Notes under the pieces: generated by a model
Databases searched by the model: none
Seen by the model: only the letters and a program-made list of their open reading frames with translations
Told to the model about the DNA's origin: nothing
Position numbers and translations under genes: made by a program
Origin: Candidatus Thermofontivivens primus
GTDB lineage: Bacteria > Sysuimicrobiota > Sysuimicrobiia > Sysuimicrobiales > Thermofontiviventaceae
Assembly (NCBI GenBank): GCA_031458695.1
Contig: JAVKJW010000001.1
Span: 1-64,000 of the forward strand
Length of the DNA: 64,000 nucleotides
Direction of reading: 5' to 3'
In this document: in pieces, positions 1 to 8,023 of the stretch
How positions within the stretch are numbered: position 1 is the stretch's first letter
Layout: each line of letters begins with the position of its first letter

Positions 1-194
1 TCGGATGTCCCCCGGTTGTGGGTCATGAGGATGGCGATGTCATCCCCCGTGTGGGAGACCTGGCAGTCGATGAGCAGTTTCCCCTTCTCCCTCTCCACGC
101 GCTCCCGGACAATGGCCAGAAGCTCAGGGCTCGGATTGGTGTGCCCGCCAATGCTCCCAATGTCTGCCTTGATGACGCTCACGGTGATCTCCAT
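1..194 (-). CDS. fbp: Bifunctional fructose-1,6-bisphosphate aldolase/phosphatase (class V FBPase), N-terminal part; runs off the window edge
   Basis: Not in ORF track. Manual translation from ATG 194: MEITVSVIKADIGSIGGHTNPSPELL...SHTGDDIAILMTHNRG (KADIGS-GGH and GDD motifs); AAGGAGG RBS in the end of the upstream gene. Confidence 0.9.
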   Translation of the reverse strand, partial: MEITVSVIKADIGSIGGHTNPSPELLAIVRERVEREKGKLLIDCQVSHTGDDIAILMTHNRGTS

Positions 195-197
195 CCT

Positions 198-1253
198 TTA
201 AACCTCCTTGGGAAGGAATCGCCTGAAGTAGTGGAGCTTCTCTCGATAGCCTCTGGGCCAGAGGAATCGGCAGGTCGCGGCAATGTTGCTCAGGAGAACG
301 TTCCCATCCTGAGGGGTGAAGGCATACCCCACCACCTCCTGGTCCGCGTGGACGTGGAGGGTGGGGAGGACCACCACTGCGTGGGTGAGGAGCCTCCCGT
401 GGAACCCGTGATCGCGTCCGAAGGAGAAAACCAGGTTCGTCATGGGCTTGTGGGTGATGGCGATGTAGGGATTTCGCACGATCCGATCCTCTGCTTCCTC
501 AGGCGTCATCGACCTCCGCATGCGCAGGTGGAAGTGGAGGACGTGCATGTACTGGGTATTGATTTGCACGGCGCTGCTAAACAACGAGAGCTCTGCCCCT
601 ACCGTCCGGAAAAGGTGATACGCATCCCGCGCGTGGTGGGTCCCCCATGGGGAATGGTGGTCGTTCACCTTGATGGCAGGGATGACGTCCACCTCCTGGC
701 CTACGTCGCTCGCCCGCCGGATACACAGGAACTTCCCCCACTCTAAGTCATAGCCGTCCCCATTCCTGGCGAGGGCGTGGACCACGGAGGCGATGCTGTG
801 GGTATTGCAGCTCAGGACCTGGATGAAGTCATCCCGCTCCCCAAGGGCTTCGTCGTTGACGCCCAAGACGTACGGCTTTCCGAACCCGAACTCCGAACCC
901 TGGGCGATGAACAACCGCCCCCCTCGAAAGCGAAGATAGAAGCGTTCCTTGTTGCGCAACCCTACACCGTCAGGGGTACAGTCGATGACGACCTTGGACC
1001 GGGCGATGGCTGTCTCTAGGCCCAGGTAATCGGGCCGCAACCCGAGCTCCTCAAAGAACCCCGCTTTCCCAGGGTCCACGCATAGCCTCGCGCCGGCCTG
1101 CACAAGGGCGGAAAGCGCCGGGCGATCCTGGAGCCTGGGTGTGTGTTTGTAGACGATCACTTCTTCTACATCCAGTTCCCTTTGCAGCGTGCAGAACAGC
1201 GTGGCGAGAGGTTCCCCGATGGTTCCTGTACCGACGATCAGGATTGTGTCCAT
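198..1253 (-). CDS. gap: Glyceraldehyde-3-phosphate dehydrogenase, archaeal (class II)-like, divergent
   Basis: GTGTIG Rossmann motif, VIDCTP-G-G--NK, QGSE, catalytic SCNT, RRxxD, THHARD; inside CBB operon. Confidence 0.75.
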   Translation of the reverse strand: MDTILIVGTGTIGEPLATLFCTLQRELDVEEVIVYKHTPRLQDRPALSALVQAGARLCVDPGKAGFFEELGLRPDYLGLETAIARSKVVIDCTPDGVGLRNKERFYLRFRGGRLFIAQGSEFGFGKPYVLGVNDEALGERDDFIQVLSCNTHSIASVVHALARNGDGYDLEWGKFLCIRRASDVGQEVDVIPAIKVNDHHSPWGTHHARDAYHLFRTVGAELSLFSSAVQINTQYMHVLHFHLRMRRSMTPEEAEDRIVRNPYIAITHKPMTNLVFSFGRDHGFHGRLLTHAVVVLPTLHVHADQEVVGYAFTPQDGNVLLSNIAATCRFLWPRGYREKLHYFRRFLPKEV

Positions 1254-1271
1254 GACACAGATCCCTCCCCC

Positions 1272-2243
1272 TCAGGTGTACCGCTTCCGCTCCTCCACAA
1301 GCTCCCTTGCTGCCCTGGCGATGTGGCCTGCCGTCAGGCCGTAGGCCTCCAAAAGTGCTTTCCAGGGTCCGGACTGCCCCATGCGGTCTCCGATGCCAAT
1401 GCGCAAGAGGGGTGTAGGGTGCTCCTCACAAAGAACCTCAGCCACCGCACTCCCCAGGCCCCCCACGACGGTGTGCTCCTCAGCCGTGACCACCGCTCCC
1501 GTCTTTCGGGCGCTTGCCAGGATCGCCTCCCGGTCAAGCGGCTTGACCGCCGGCACGTCGATGACCTCTGCGGAGATACCCTGCTGTGCCAGGACCTCCG
1601 CTGCATCCAGGCACATCCCCACGGTGATGCCGCACCCCAGGAGGGTCACATCCTCCCCCTCGCGGAGCAGGAGGGCTCTCCCGATGCGGAAGGGGCAGCG
1701 GGCATAGATCCTGCGGACAGCGGGCCGGCCGAGGCGGATGTATACCGGGCCTTTGTAGGCTGCGGCGGCGAACACGGCGGCCCTCGTCTGCTCCGCATCA
1801 CAAGGCACAATCACGGTCATGTTGGGCATCGCTCGCATGATGGCAATGTCGTCGATTGCCTGGTGGGTCGCCCCATCCTCTCCCACAGTGATACCGGCGT
1901 GGGAGACAACGATCTTCACGTTGGCCTGGGCGTAGGCGACGGACTGGAAGATCTGGTTGAGGGCACGCTGGGCGGCGAAGATGGCAAATGTGCTGACGAA
2001 CGGAATCTTCCCGCATTGGGCCAAGCCTGCCGCCACCCCGATCATGTGGGCCTCACACAGGCCAAGGTTGAAGAAGCGCTCGGGGAATCGACGGCCAAAC
2101 CGCTCCGTATACGTAGAGTTGGCCACGTCGGCGTCGAGGACGACGATCTCCTCCCGCTCCGTGCCCAGCTCTACAAGAGCATCGCCGTAGGCATCCCGTG
2201 TGGCCACCTCTTCCCCATCCTCACACAAAAGAAGCTCCTCCAT
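1272..2243 (-). CDS. tkt: Transketolase, C-terminal subunit
   Basis: ATRDAYG, LDADV, GEDGATHQ, EEH..GGLGS motifs. Confidence 0.92.
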   Translation of the reverse strand: MEELLLCEDGEEVATRDAYGDALVELGTEREEIVVLDADVANSTYTERFGRRFPERFFNLGLCEAHMIGVAAGLAQCGKIPFVSTFAIFAAQRALNQIFQSVAYAQANVKIVVSHAGITVGEDGATHQAIDDIAIMRAMPNMTVIVPCDAEQTRAAVFAAAAYKGPVYIRLGRPAVRRIYARCPFRIGRALLLREGEDVTLLGCGITVGMCLDAAEVLAQQGISAEVIDVPAVKPLDREAILASARKTGAVVTAEEHTVVGGLGSAVAEVLCEEHPTPLLRIGIGDRMGQSGPWKALLEAYGLTAGHIARAARELVEERKRYT

Positions 2244-3087
2244 CGCGACCCAGCTCCTTCAGGGCAAGCTCCCGCTGCTCGGGGTTTAGCGGCTTGCCAT
2301 GCCAGCCCAGGCGATCCTCCAAGAAGGAGATCCCTTTCCCCTTTTTCGTGCGGGCAATGATCACCACCGGTTTCCCCTTCACCCGCCTTGCCTCCGCGAA
2401 GACATCCAGGAGGGCGGGGATGTTGTGCCCGTCAGCCTCCAGGGCCGTCCACCCGAATGCCTCCCATTTCGCTCCAAGAGGCTCCAGGGCGCACAACTCT
2501 TCCGTTCGCGCTGACTGCTGGATCCTATTCCTGTCCACGATGGCCACGAGGTTGTCCAGGGCGTAATGGGCAGCGGACATGGCCGCCTCCCATACCTGCC
2601 CCTCCTGGCACTCCCCATCACCCAGGAGCACGTACACCCTGTAGGCACGGCCATCGAGGCGTGCTGCCAGGGCCATGCCCATCCCAACGGAAAGACCCTG
2701 CCCCAGCGACCCCGTAGACATCTCTACTCCCGGACACTTCAAGACGTCAGGGTGGCCTTGGAGCCGGGACCCAAGCCTGCGGAAGGTCTCTAGCTCCTCC
2801 TCAGGGAAGAAGCCTCGCATCGCCAATGCGGCATAGAGCGCCGGGCATCCGTGCCCTTTGGAGAGGATGAACCGGTCCCGATCGGGGTCGTCTGGCCGCA
2901 GAGGGTCGACTCTGAGCTCGGAGAAGTACAGGACGGCCATGATTTCTGCAATGGAGAGGGCGCTGGTGGCATGCCCCGAGCCAGCAGCTGTCGTCATCTC
3001 AATGGCATACTTTCGGATGCGACGGCTGATTTCGCTGAGGACTGCGATGTCACGCGTTCCTGTGGAGGGGATCAGCGGTCCGCGCAT
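2221..3087 (-). CDS. tkt: Transketolase, N-terminal (ThDP-binding) subunit
   Basis: GSGH, DRDRFILSKGH, GSLGQG, GDGECQEG; start set at ATG 3087 behind GGAGG. Confidence 0.92.
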   Translation of the reverse strand: MRGPLIPSTGTRDIAVLSEISRRIRKYAIEMTTAAGSGHATSALSIAEIMAVLYFSELRVDPLRPDDPDRDRFILSKGHGCPALYAALAMRGFFPEEELETFRRLGSRLQGHPDVLKCPGVEMSTGSLGQGLSVGMGMALAARLDGRAYRVYVLLGDGECQEGQVWEAAMSAAHYALDNLVAIVDRNRIQQSARTEELCALEPLGAKWEAFGWTALEADGHNIPALLDVFAEARRVKGKPVVIIARTKKGKGISFLEDRLGWHGKPLNPEQRELALKELGRDGGASFV

Positions 3088-3952
3088 ACTCAATCCTCCA
3101 GGCGAAGAGGATCTGGCTGAACTCCGCAGGAAGGATGGGCTCTCGTACATCCTCCACCACCTTACTTAAGCCGTTGATGTCGCCGAGGCGCCGCAGGAGG
3201 GTGAGCGCGGATAGTGGCTCAAGCGCTCCCAGGACCTCGATGGCCTCCATTTCCTGGCCGTTACAGTCGAGAGGGAGGCGGCGCAGCGGGAGGGGCTGGC
3301 CGTAAGCGGCGTGTGCCAAGCGGCTTACCAGCGCGTTGAACTCCCGCCGCTCCCCAATAAGGGCCCAGGGGATCTCCAGGGGCTCCAAGCCTCCGTAGGG
3401 AGGGATGAGGGAGATGAGCATGTCGGCATGGGACTTCTGGGGTTCCACGTAACGGCGGAAGTCGTCCAGCCGGTGGAGGATCTCGAGGAGCACCTCTTCC
3501 ACGCGGTAGCCGCGTTCTTCCACGTCGCGCTTCACCTTCCAGCGGAGCTTCAGCTCCGGGTGCGTGTCGAAGTAAACTTTGATGTCCACGCACCTCTGGA
3601 GCTCTGGGGTATAAAACGGCAGCAACCCCTGGATCAGGACGATCTCACGGGGGGCAACCTCTTCCGGTTCCCCGAAGGTCCCGGTGGTATGATCATAGAC
3701 AGGCTTCCGGATCTTCTGCCCCCTCTTTAGCAAGCCGATGTGCTCCGCCACAAGGTCCAGGTCATTTGCCCCTGGGTTCAACGGGGTGATCCCAAGGGCC
3801 TTGCGCTGCTTGCGGTCGAGGGTGTGGTAGTCATCGAGGTCAATCGTGAGGACGCGATCCGGCCCCAGCATCTGCCGGACCGCTTGGATAAAGGTGGACT
3901 TCCCCGCACCGCTATCGCCCGCAATCCCAACGACAATGGGTTCTGCGCGCAT
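3050..3952 (-). CDS. prk: Phosphoribulokinase
   Basis: GIAGDSGAGKSTF P-loop, DDYHTLDR, KPVYDH, RDVEERG; ATG 3952 lies 13 bp after rbcL stop. Confidence 0.9.
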   Translation of the reverse strand: MRAEPIVVGIAGDSGAGKSTFIQAVRQMLGPDRVLTIDLDDYHTLDRKQRKALGITPLNPGANDLDLVAEHIGLLKRGQKIRKPVYDHTTGTFGEPEEVAPREIVLIQGLLPFYTPELQRCVDIKVYFDTHPELKLRWKVKRDVEERGYRVEEVLLEILHRLDDFRRYVEPQKSHADMLISLIPPYGGLEPLEIPWALIGERREFNALVSRLAHAAYGQPLPLRRLPLDCNGQEMEAIEVLGALEPLSALTLLRRLGDINGLSKVVEDVREPILPAEFSQILFAWRIEYARTADPLHRNA

Positions 3953-3965
3953 CCTCGTCACCCCC

Positions 3966-5336
3966 TCACTCCTCTCCGAACGTGACGCCTTCCCAGAGCT
4001 CCATGGCCTCCCGCAGCTCCGGGCAGGTCCGGGCTGCGTCCTGCAAGATCTGCCTCCCTTCAGCCAGGATATCCCGCCCCTCCCGGTAGGCAGCGGCCAC
4101 GGCCTCCACGGCCGCGCGGTTGGCACGCGCACCCGCTCGTGACCCACGGGGGTGTCCATGGGTACCTCCCCCGAAGAGGAAGAAGGCGTCGTTCCCGTAG
4201 ATACTGACCAGATCCGGCACGTGCCACACATGGATACCTCCCGAAGCTACGGGGAAGAGGGGCTTCAGCCCCGCCCACGGCTGATCGAACAGAAGTCCGC
4301 GCTGAGGATTGGCAGGAACGAACTCCTCCCGGAGGAGGTCAGCAATCCCGCGGACCTCCTCCCGGGCTCCCTCCAGCTTCCCGACCACCGTCCCGGTATG
4401 GACGTGGTCACCCCCCGCCATGCGCAGCCACTTGGCCACCACCCGAAAATGGATACCGTGATCCTTGGGGCGGGTGAACACCGCGTGCATCGCCCGATGG
4501 CAGTGGATCATGAGCCCGAGCTCCTCAGCACGCCGGCGGAGTGTGGCATACGCCGAGAATCCTACCGTGAGGAAGTCCACCATGATGTACCGGGATCCCA
4601 CATCTTTGGCGAACTCCGCCCTCCTCAGCATCTCCTCCGTATCCCCTGCCGTCACGTTGAGCCAGTGGCCCTTGGTCTCCCCGGTCTCCTCCTCGGCCCT
4701 GTGCACCGCGTCCATGACATAGAGGTAGCGATCGCGCCATCTGCAGAAGGGCTGGGAGTTGAGGTTCTCGTCATCCTTTGTGGTGTCCAGACCGCCGACG
4801 AGGCACTCGTAGACGACCCTGGCGAACTCCTTGGGGCCCAGGCCGAGCTTTGGCTTGATCGTCCCGCCGAGGAGGGGCCTGTGGTAGACCTTCAACCGGT
4901 CCCTCTCCTGGGCGATCCCGGTTGGAGGACCGGGGAACGTCTTCAGGTAGGCGGTGGGAATACGCATGTCCAGAAGGCGCAGAGCACGCACTGCCTTGAA
5001 CCCAAAGACGTTCCCGACAATCGAGGACATCACGTTGACGATACTGCCCTCCTCGAACAGATCAAGGGGATAAGCGATATAGGCGGTATTCCCGTCGATG
5101 GCGTAACAACGGCCCTTGTACCTGTGGAGGTCCGTCATCTCCTGGGACCATACCTCTGTCCAGGTCCCTGTGGACGACTCGGCAGCCACGGCTGCCGCAG
5201 CCTCTTCGAGAGGGATCCCCGGGGAGGGCTCGATGCGAAAAGCGCAGAGAAGGTCTGTCTCCTTGGGCTCGTATCCGGGTTCGTAGTAAGTTTTACGGTA
5301 TGGCTGCACCCCTGCGACGAACTGCTGCCGAGCCAT
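3966..5336 (-). CDS. rbcL: RuBisCO large subunit, Form I-like (probably Form I-alpha/I'-type clade, no adjacent small subunit)
   Basis: [59 protein letters not shown] catalytic motifs intact. Confidence 0.96.
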   Translation of the reverse strand: MARQQFVAGVQPYRKTYYEPGYEPKETDLLCAFRIEPSPGIPLEEAAAAVAAESSTGTWTEVWSQEMTDLHRYKGRCYAIDGNTAYIAYPLDLFEEGSIVNVMSSIVGNVFGFKAVRALRLLDMRIPTAYLKTFPGPPTGIAQERDRLKVYHRPLLGGTIKPKLGLGPKEFARVVYECLVGGLDTTKDDENLNSQPFCRWRDRYLYVMDAVHRAEEETGETKGHWLNVTAGDTEEMLRRAEFAKDVGSRYIMVDFLTVGFSAYATLRRRAEELGLMIHCHRAMHAVFTRPKDHGIHFRVVAKWLRMAGGDHVHTGTVVGKLEGAREEVRGIADLLREEFVPANPQRGLLFDQPWAGLKPLFPVASGGIHVWHVPDLVSIYGNDAFFLFGGGTHGHPRGSRAGARANRAAVEAVAAAYREGRDILAEGRQILQDAARTCPELREAMELWEGVTFGEE

Positions 5337-5381
5337 GTGCTCACCTCCTCATTCGTCCTGGACGGGATTCTGCCAGGACGT

Positions 5382-6050
5382 TCAAACCCGCGCTTCCTCC
5401 CGCATCGCCTGGAGCTTCCGCCAGTCAGCAAGGAAACGCTCTAGCCCGATGTCGGTGAGGGGGTGCTTGATCATCTGCTGGAGCACGGAGAAAGGCATCG
5501 TGACCACCGGACAACCTAGCCTAGCTGCCTCCAAGACGTGGAGAGGGTGGCGGACGCTCGCCGCCAGGACCTGGCTTGGGATCCCCTGCACCCGGAAGAG
5601 CTCCACGGTCTTTCGGACTACCTTTAGGCCATCCCAAGAGATGTCGTCGATCCGCCCCAGGAAGATGCTCACATACGTAGCCCCGGCGAGAGCAGCGAGG
5701 AGGGCTTGATTTGGGGAGAAGATCAGGGTGGCGTTGACGCGAATCCCCTGCTCTTTCAGGAGCCGCATCGCCTCCAGCCCTGAGGGCGTCGTGGGGATCT
5801 TCACCACCACGTGTTCGCTCCACCGAGCAACGCCCACCGCCTCCTGTATCATCCCCTTCGTGTCCGTAGCCGTGACTTCGACGCTGATGGGCCCGGGCAG
5901 GATTTCCACAATGCGTTTGATGTGGCCCTCGGTGTCGAGGACTCCCTCCCGGGCGAGGAGGGTGGGGTTCGTGGTGACTCCGGCAATGACGCCCATCTTT
6001 GCTCCTGCCCGGATCTCCTCCAGGTTGGCCGTGTCCAGGAATAGCAGCAT
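5382..6050 (-). CDS. tal: Transaldolase (short Tal/FSA family)
   Basis: FLDTAN, GVTTNPTLL, VVKIP, NATLIFS, HPLTDIGLERF; ATG 6050 with GGAGG RBS. Confidence 0.9.
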   Translation of the reverse strand: MLLFLDTANLEEIRAGAKMGVIAGVTTNPTLLAREGVLDTEGHIKRIVEILPGPISVEVTATDTKGMIQEAVGVARWSEHVVVKIPTTPSGLEAMRLLKEQGIRVNATLIFSPNQALLAALAGATYVSIFLGRIDDISWDGLKVVRKTVELFRVQGIPSQVLAASVRHPLHVLEAARLGCPVVTMPFSVLQQMIKHPLTDIGLERFLADWRKLQAMREEARV

Positions 6051-6119
6051 CCCTCGTCCTCCTTCCTTGCTGCTCTTGCCGTCTATTCTCCAGAGGCTAG
6101 GGGCCTGGCAGCAACCCCT

Positions 6120-6174
6120 CTCCGGCGAAATGGGGAAGATCGTCGGTGAACGGTACCTTTCCGTCGGCAAGCGA
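6120..6174 (-). promoter_or_regulatory. Three imperfect direct repeats at 21-bp period; candidate LytTR binding boxes for the cbb promoter
   Basis: ctccggcgaaatg (6120), cgtcggtgaacgg (6141), cgtcggcaagcga (6162); followed on minus strand by weak TTGCTG-N18-GAGAAT (6114-6085). Confidence 0.65.
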
Positions 6175-6207
6175 TCAAGACGGGAGGGTGAGGGGGGTGG
6201 AGGTGAG

Positions 6208-6236
6208 TTGACGGTTCCCCCCTGTTGTTCTAGAAT
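6208..6236 (+). promoter_or_regulatory. Sigma70-type promoter of the LytTR gene
   Basis: TTGACG-N17-TAGAAT. Confidence 0.7.
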
Positions 6237-6259
6237 CCTGACAAACAGCCGCGAGGCGG

Positions 6260-6997
6260 ATGGGCATGGAGGAACCTGCGAGGCTCAACCTCAAAGCGCT
6301 TGTGGTCGACGATGATGAGATCAGCCGCAAAGAGCTTGTGCGCCTCATCACGAGACAGGGAGTGCACTGTGTGGACGAAACAGCCACCGCTGCCCAAGCG
6401 TTGAGCCTTCTTGTGGAGCGCTCCTACGACGTGGTCTTCCTGGACATCCAGATGCCGGGCCTCACCGGCATGGAGGCTATCCGCGTGATCAACCGCATGC
6501 CCTCGCGGCCGCACGTTGTCTTCGTGACGGCATACCCTCACTATGCTGTGGAGGCCTTTGAGGAAGCAGCCTTCGATTATCTCCTCAAGCCTGTCTCGGA
6601 GGAGCGGTTGGTCCGCACCCTCGCGCGCATTGCCCGCAGAACTGGGATGGAGGCCCCAGCTCCTCTGGACCGCCTCCCGGTCGAGGTCGGGGATCGTGTG
6701 ATCCTCCTGGATGTCTCCGAAATCCGCTACGCCGTCGCTAGGGACGATTACGCCTACGTGACCACGTACGACGCCACTTACCGCACCTCCTACACCCTCG
6801 GCGAGCTCCACCGCCGCCTCGGTCCCTCTAGGTTCCTGCGCGTCCACAGGAGCTTTCTCGTCAACATCGATCACATCCTGGAGATCCATCCGTATTTCAA
6901 AGGTACGCTCATCCTGCGCATGGATGACAAAGGGAGGACCGAGATCCCCGTAAGCCGCCGGGAGGCTCCCCGTTTCCGGATGCTCCTTGGGTGGTAA
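6260..6997 (+). CDS. LytTR-family response regulator (orphan)
   Basis: REC (VVDDD, FLDIQMPG, VTAY, YLLKP) plus LytTR domain (FLRVHRSFLVN, IPVSRR). Confidence 0.93.
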   Translation: MGMEEPARLNLKALVVDDDEISRKELVRLITRQGVHCVDETATAAQALSLLVERSYDVVFLDIQMPGLTGMEAIRVINRMPSRPHVVFVTAYPHYAVEAFEEAAFDYLLKPVSEERLVRTLARIARRTGMEAPAPLDRLPVEVGDRVILLDVSEIRYAVARDDYAYVTTYDATYRTSYTLGELHRRLGPSRFLRVHRSFLVNIDHILEIHPYFKGTLILRMDDKGRTEIPVSRREAPRFRMLLGW

Positions 6998-7000
6998 ATA

Positions 7001-7030
7001 CCCCGGCAAAAGTCTTGACCTTTGCCGGGG
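7001..7030 (+). terminator. Stem-loop after LytTR gene
   Basis: ccccggcaaa-N10-tttgccgggg perfect 10-bp stem; no strong U tract. Confidence 0.5.
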
Positions 7031-7129
7031 CCCCTCTTGAAATCGCCTGCTCACCCGTGCGGCCCTCCTCAAAGGTTTGCTAGACTATCTTCCCGATGTG
7101 GTAGTATGGAATGCGGGGGAGAGGCACCG

Positions 7130-8023
7130 ATGAAGCAAGTGATCAGCATCTCCCGGAGGACAGATATCCCCCGTTTCTACCTAGAGTGGCTGCGGGAAGC
7201 GCTGCAGAGAGGAGAAGTGACTTACGTGCATCCAGGGGCCGGGCCACGCACCGTCTCGCTCCTCCCCGAGCATGTGCACACCTTGGTGTTCTGGTCGAAG
7301 GATTACGGCCTCTTCCTCCGGGACGGGGTGCTCCACGAGGCCCTGAAGCGATACTCTGTCTATTTCCACTTCTCCATCACAGGCATGGGAGGATCTTTCC
7401 TGGAACCTCTCGTGCCTCCTGCAGACGTTGCCCTCGAGCAGATGAAAGCTCTCGCGCGTACCTGGGGTCCGGAACGCATCGAATGGCGGTTCGATCCGAT
7501 CCTGCATTGGGAGATCGATGGAAGAGTTTTCTCCAATGCAGCACAGTTCCAGAAACTGGCGCCTGCAGTGCGGAAGATCGGAGTTGGAAGGTGCACCTTT
7601 TCCTTTGCTACATTGTATCGGAAGGTCCATCCCCGATCGCGGCGGTTCGGGTTCCGCTATGTAGATCCAAACGACGAACAGAAGACGGAGATCCTCAAGG
7701 AGATGGTGGCTACCGCTTCCTCGCTTGGAATCACCCTGTACTCCTGTGCAGACTCTCGATGGACCGTGGTTGAGGGCATCCGGGATGCACGGTGTATTGA
7801 TGCGAACCTCCTCAGTCAGCTCCACCCCAAACACGAACCGGCTCCAGGTGGGAAGGATCCGTCCCAACGGAAAGAATGTCTCTGCACACCCAGCGTCGAC
7901 GTCGGCAGCTACACGCAGGCCTGCTCTCTTGGTTGTATGTACTGCTACGCAAACCCCAAGATCCCCGCGCAGCTGGTGCAACGTTTGGGCGAGGAAGGAG
8001 GTGTCGCAGCTGGCGCGTTGTGA
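7130..8023 (+). CDS. DUF1848 family protein (radical-SAM-like C-terminal Cys motif)
   Basis: ISISRRTDIPxFY, VFWSK, WRFDPI, CxxxCxYCYA at C-terminus. Confidence 0.85.
   Translation: MKQVISISRRTDIPRFYLEWLREALQRGEVTYVHPGAGPRTVSLLPEHVHTLVFWSKDYGLFLRDGVLHEALKRYSVYFHFSITGMGGSFLEPLVPPADVALEQMKALARTWGPERIEWRFDPILHWEIDGRVFSNAAQFQKLAPAVRKIGVGRCTFSFATLYRKVHPRSRRFGFRYVDPNDEQKTEILKEMVATASSLGITLYSCADSRWTVVEGIRDARCIDANLLSQLHPKHEPAPGGKDPSQRKECLCTPSVDVGSYTQACSLGCMYCYANPKIPAQLVQRLGEEGGVAAGAL

Noticed and set aside
3050..4231. 393-aa prk ORF with long N-terminal extension
   Set aside because: The extension overlaps rbcL in another frame; PRK homology starts at ATG 3952.
3966..5336. RuBisCO-like protein (Form IV) interpretation
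   Set aside because: All carboxylase catalytic motifs are intact and prk is adjacent.
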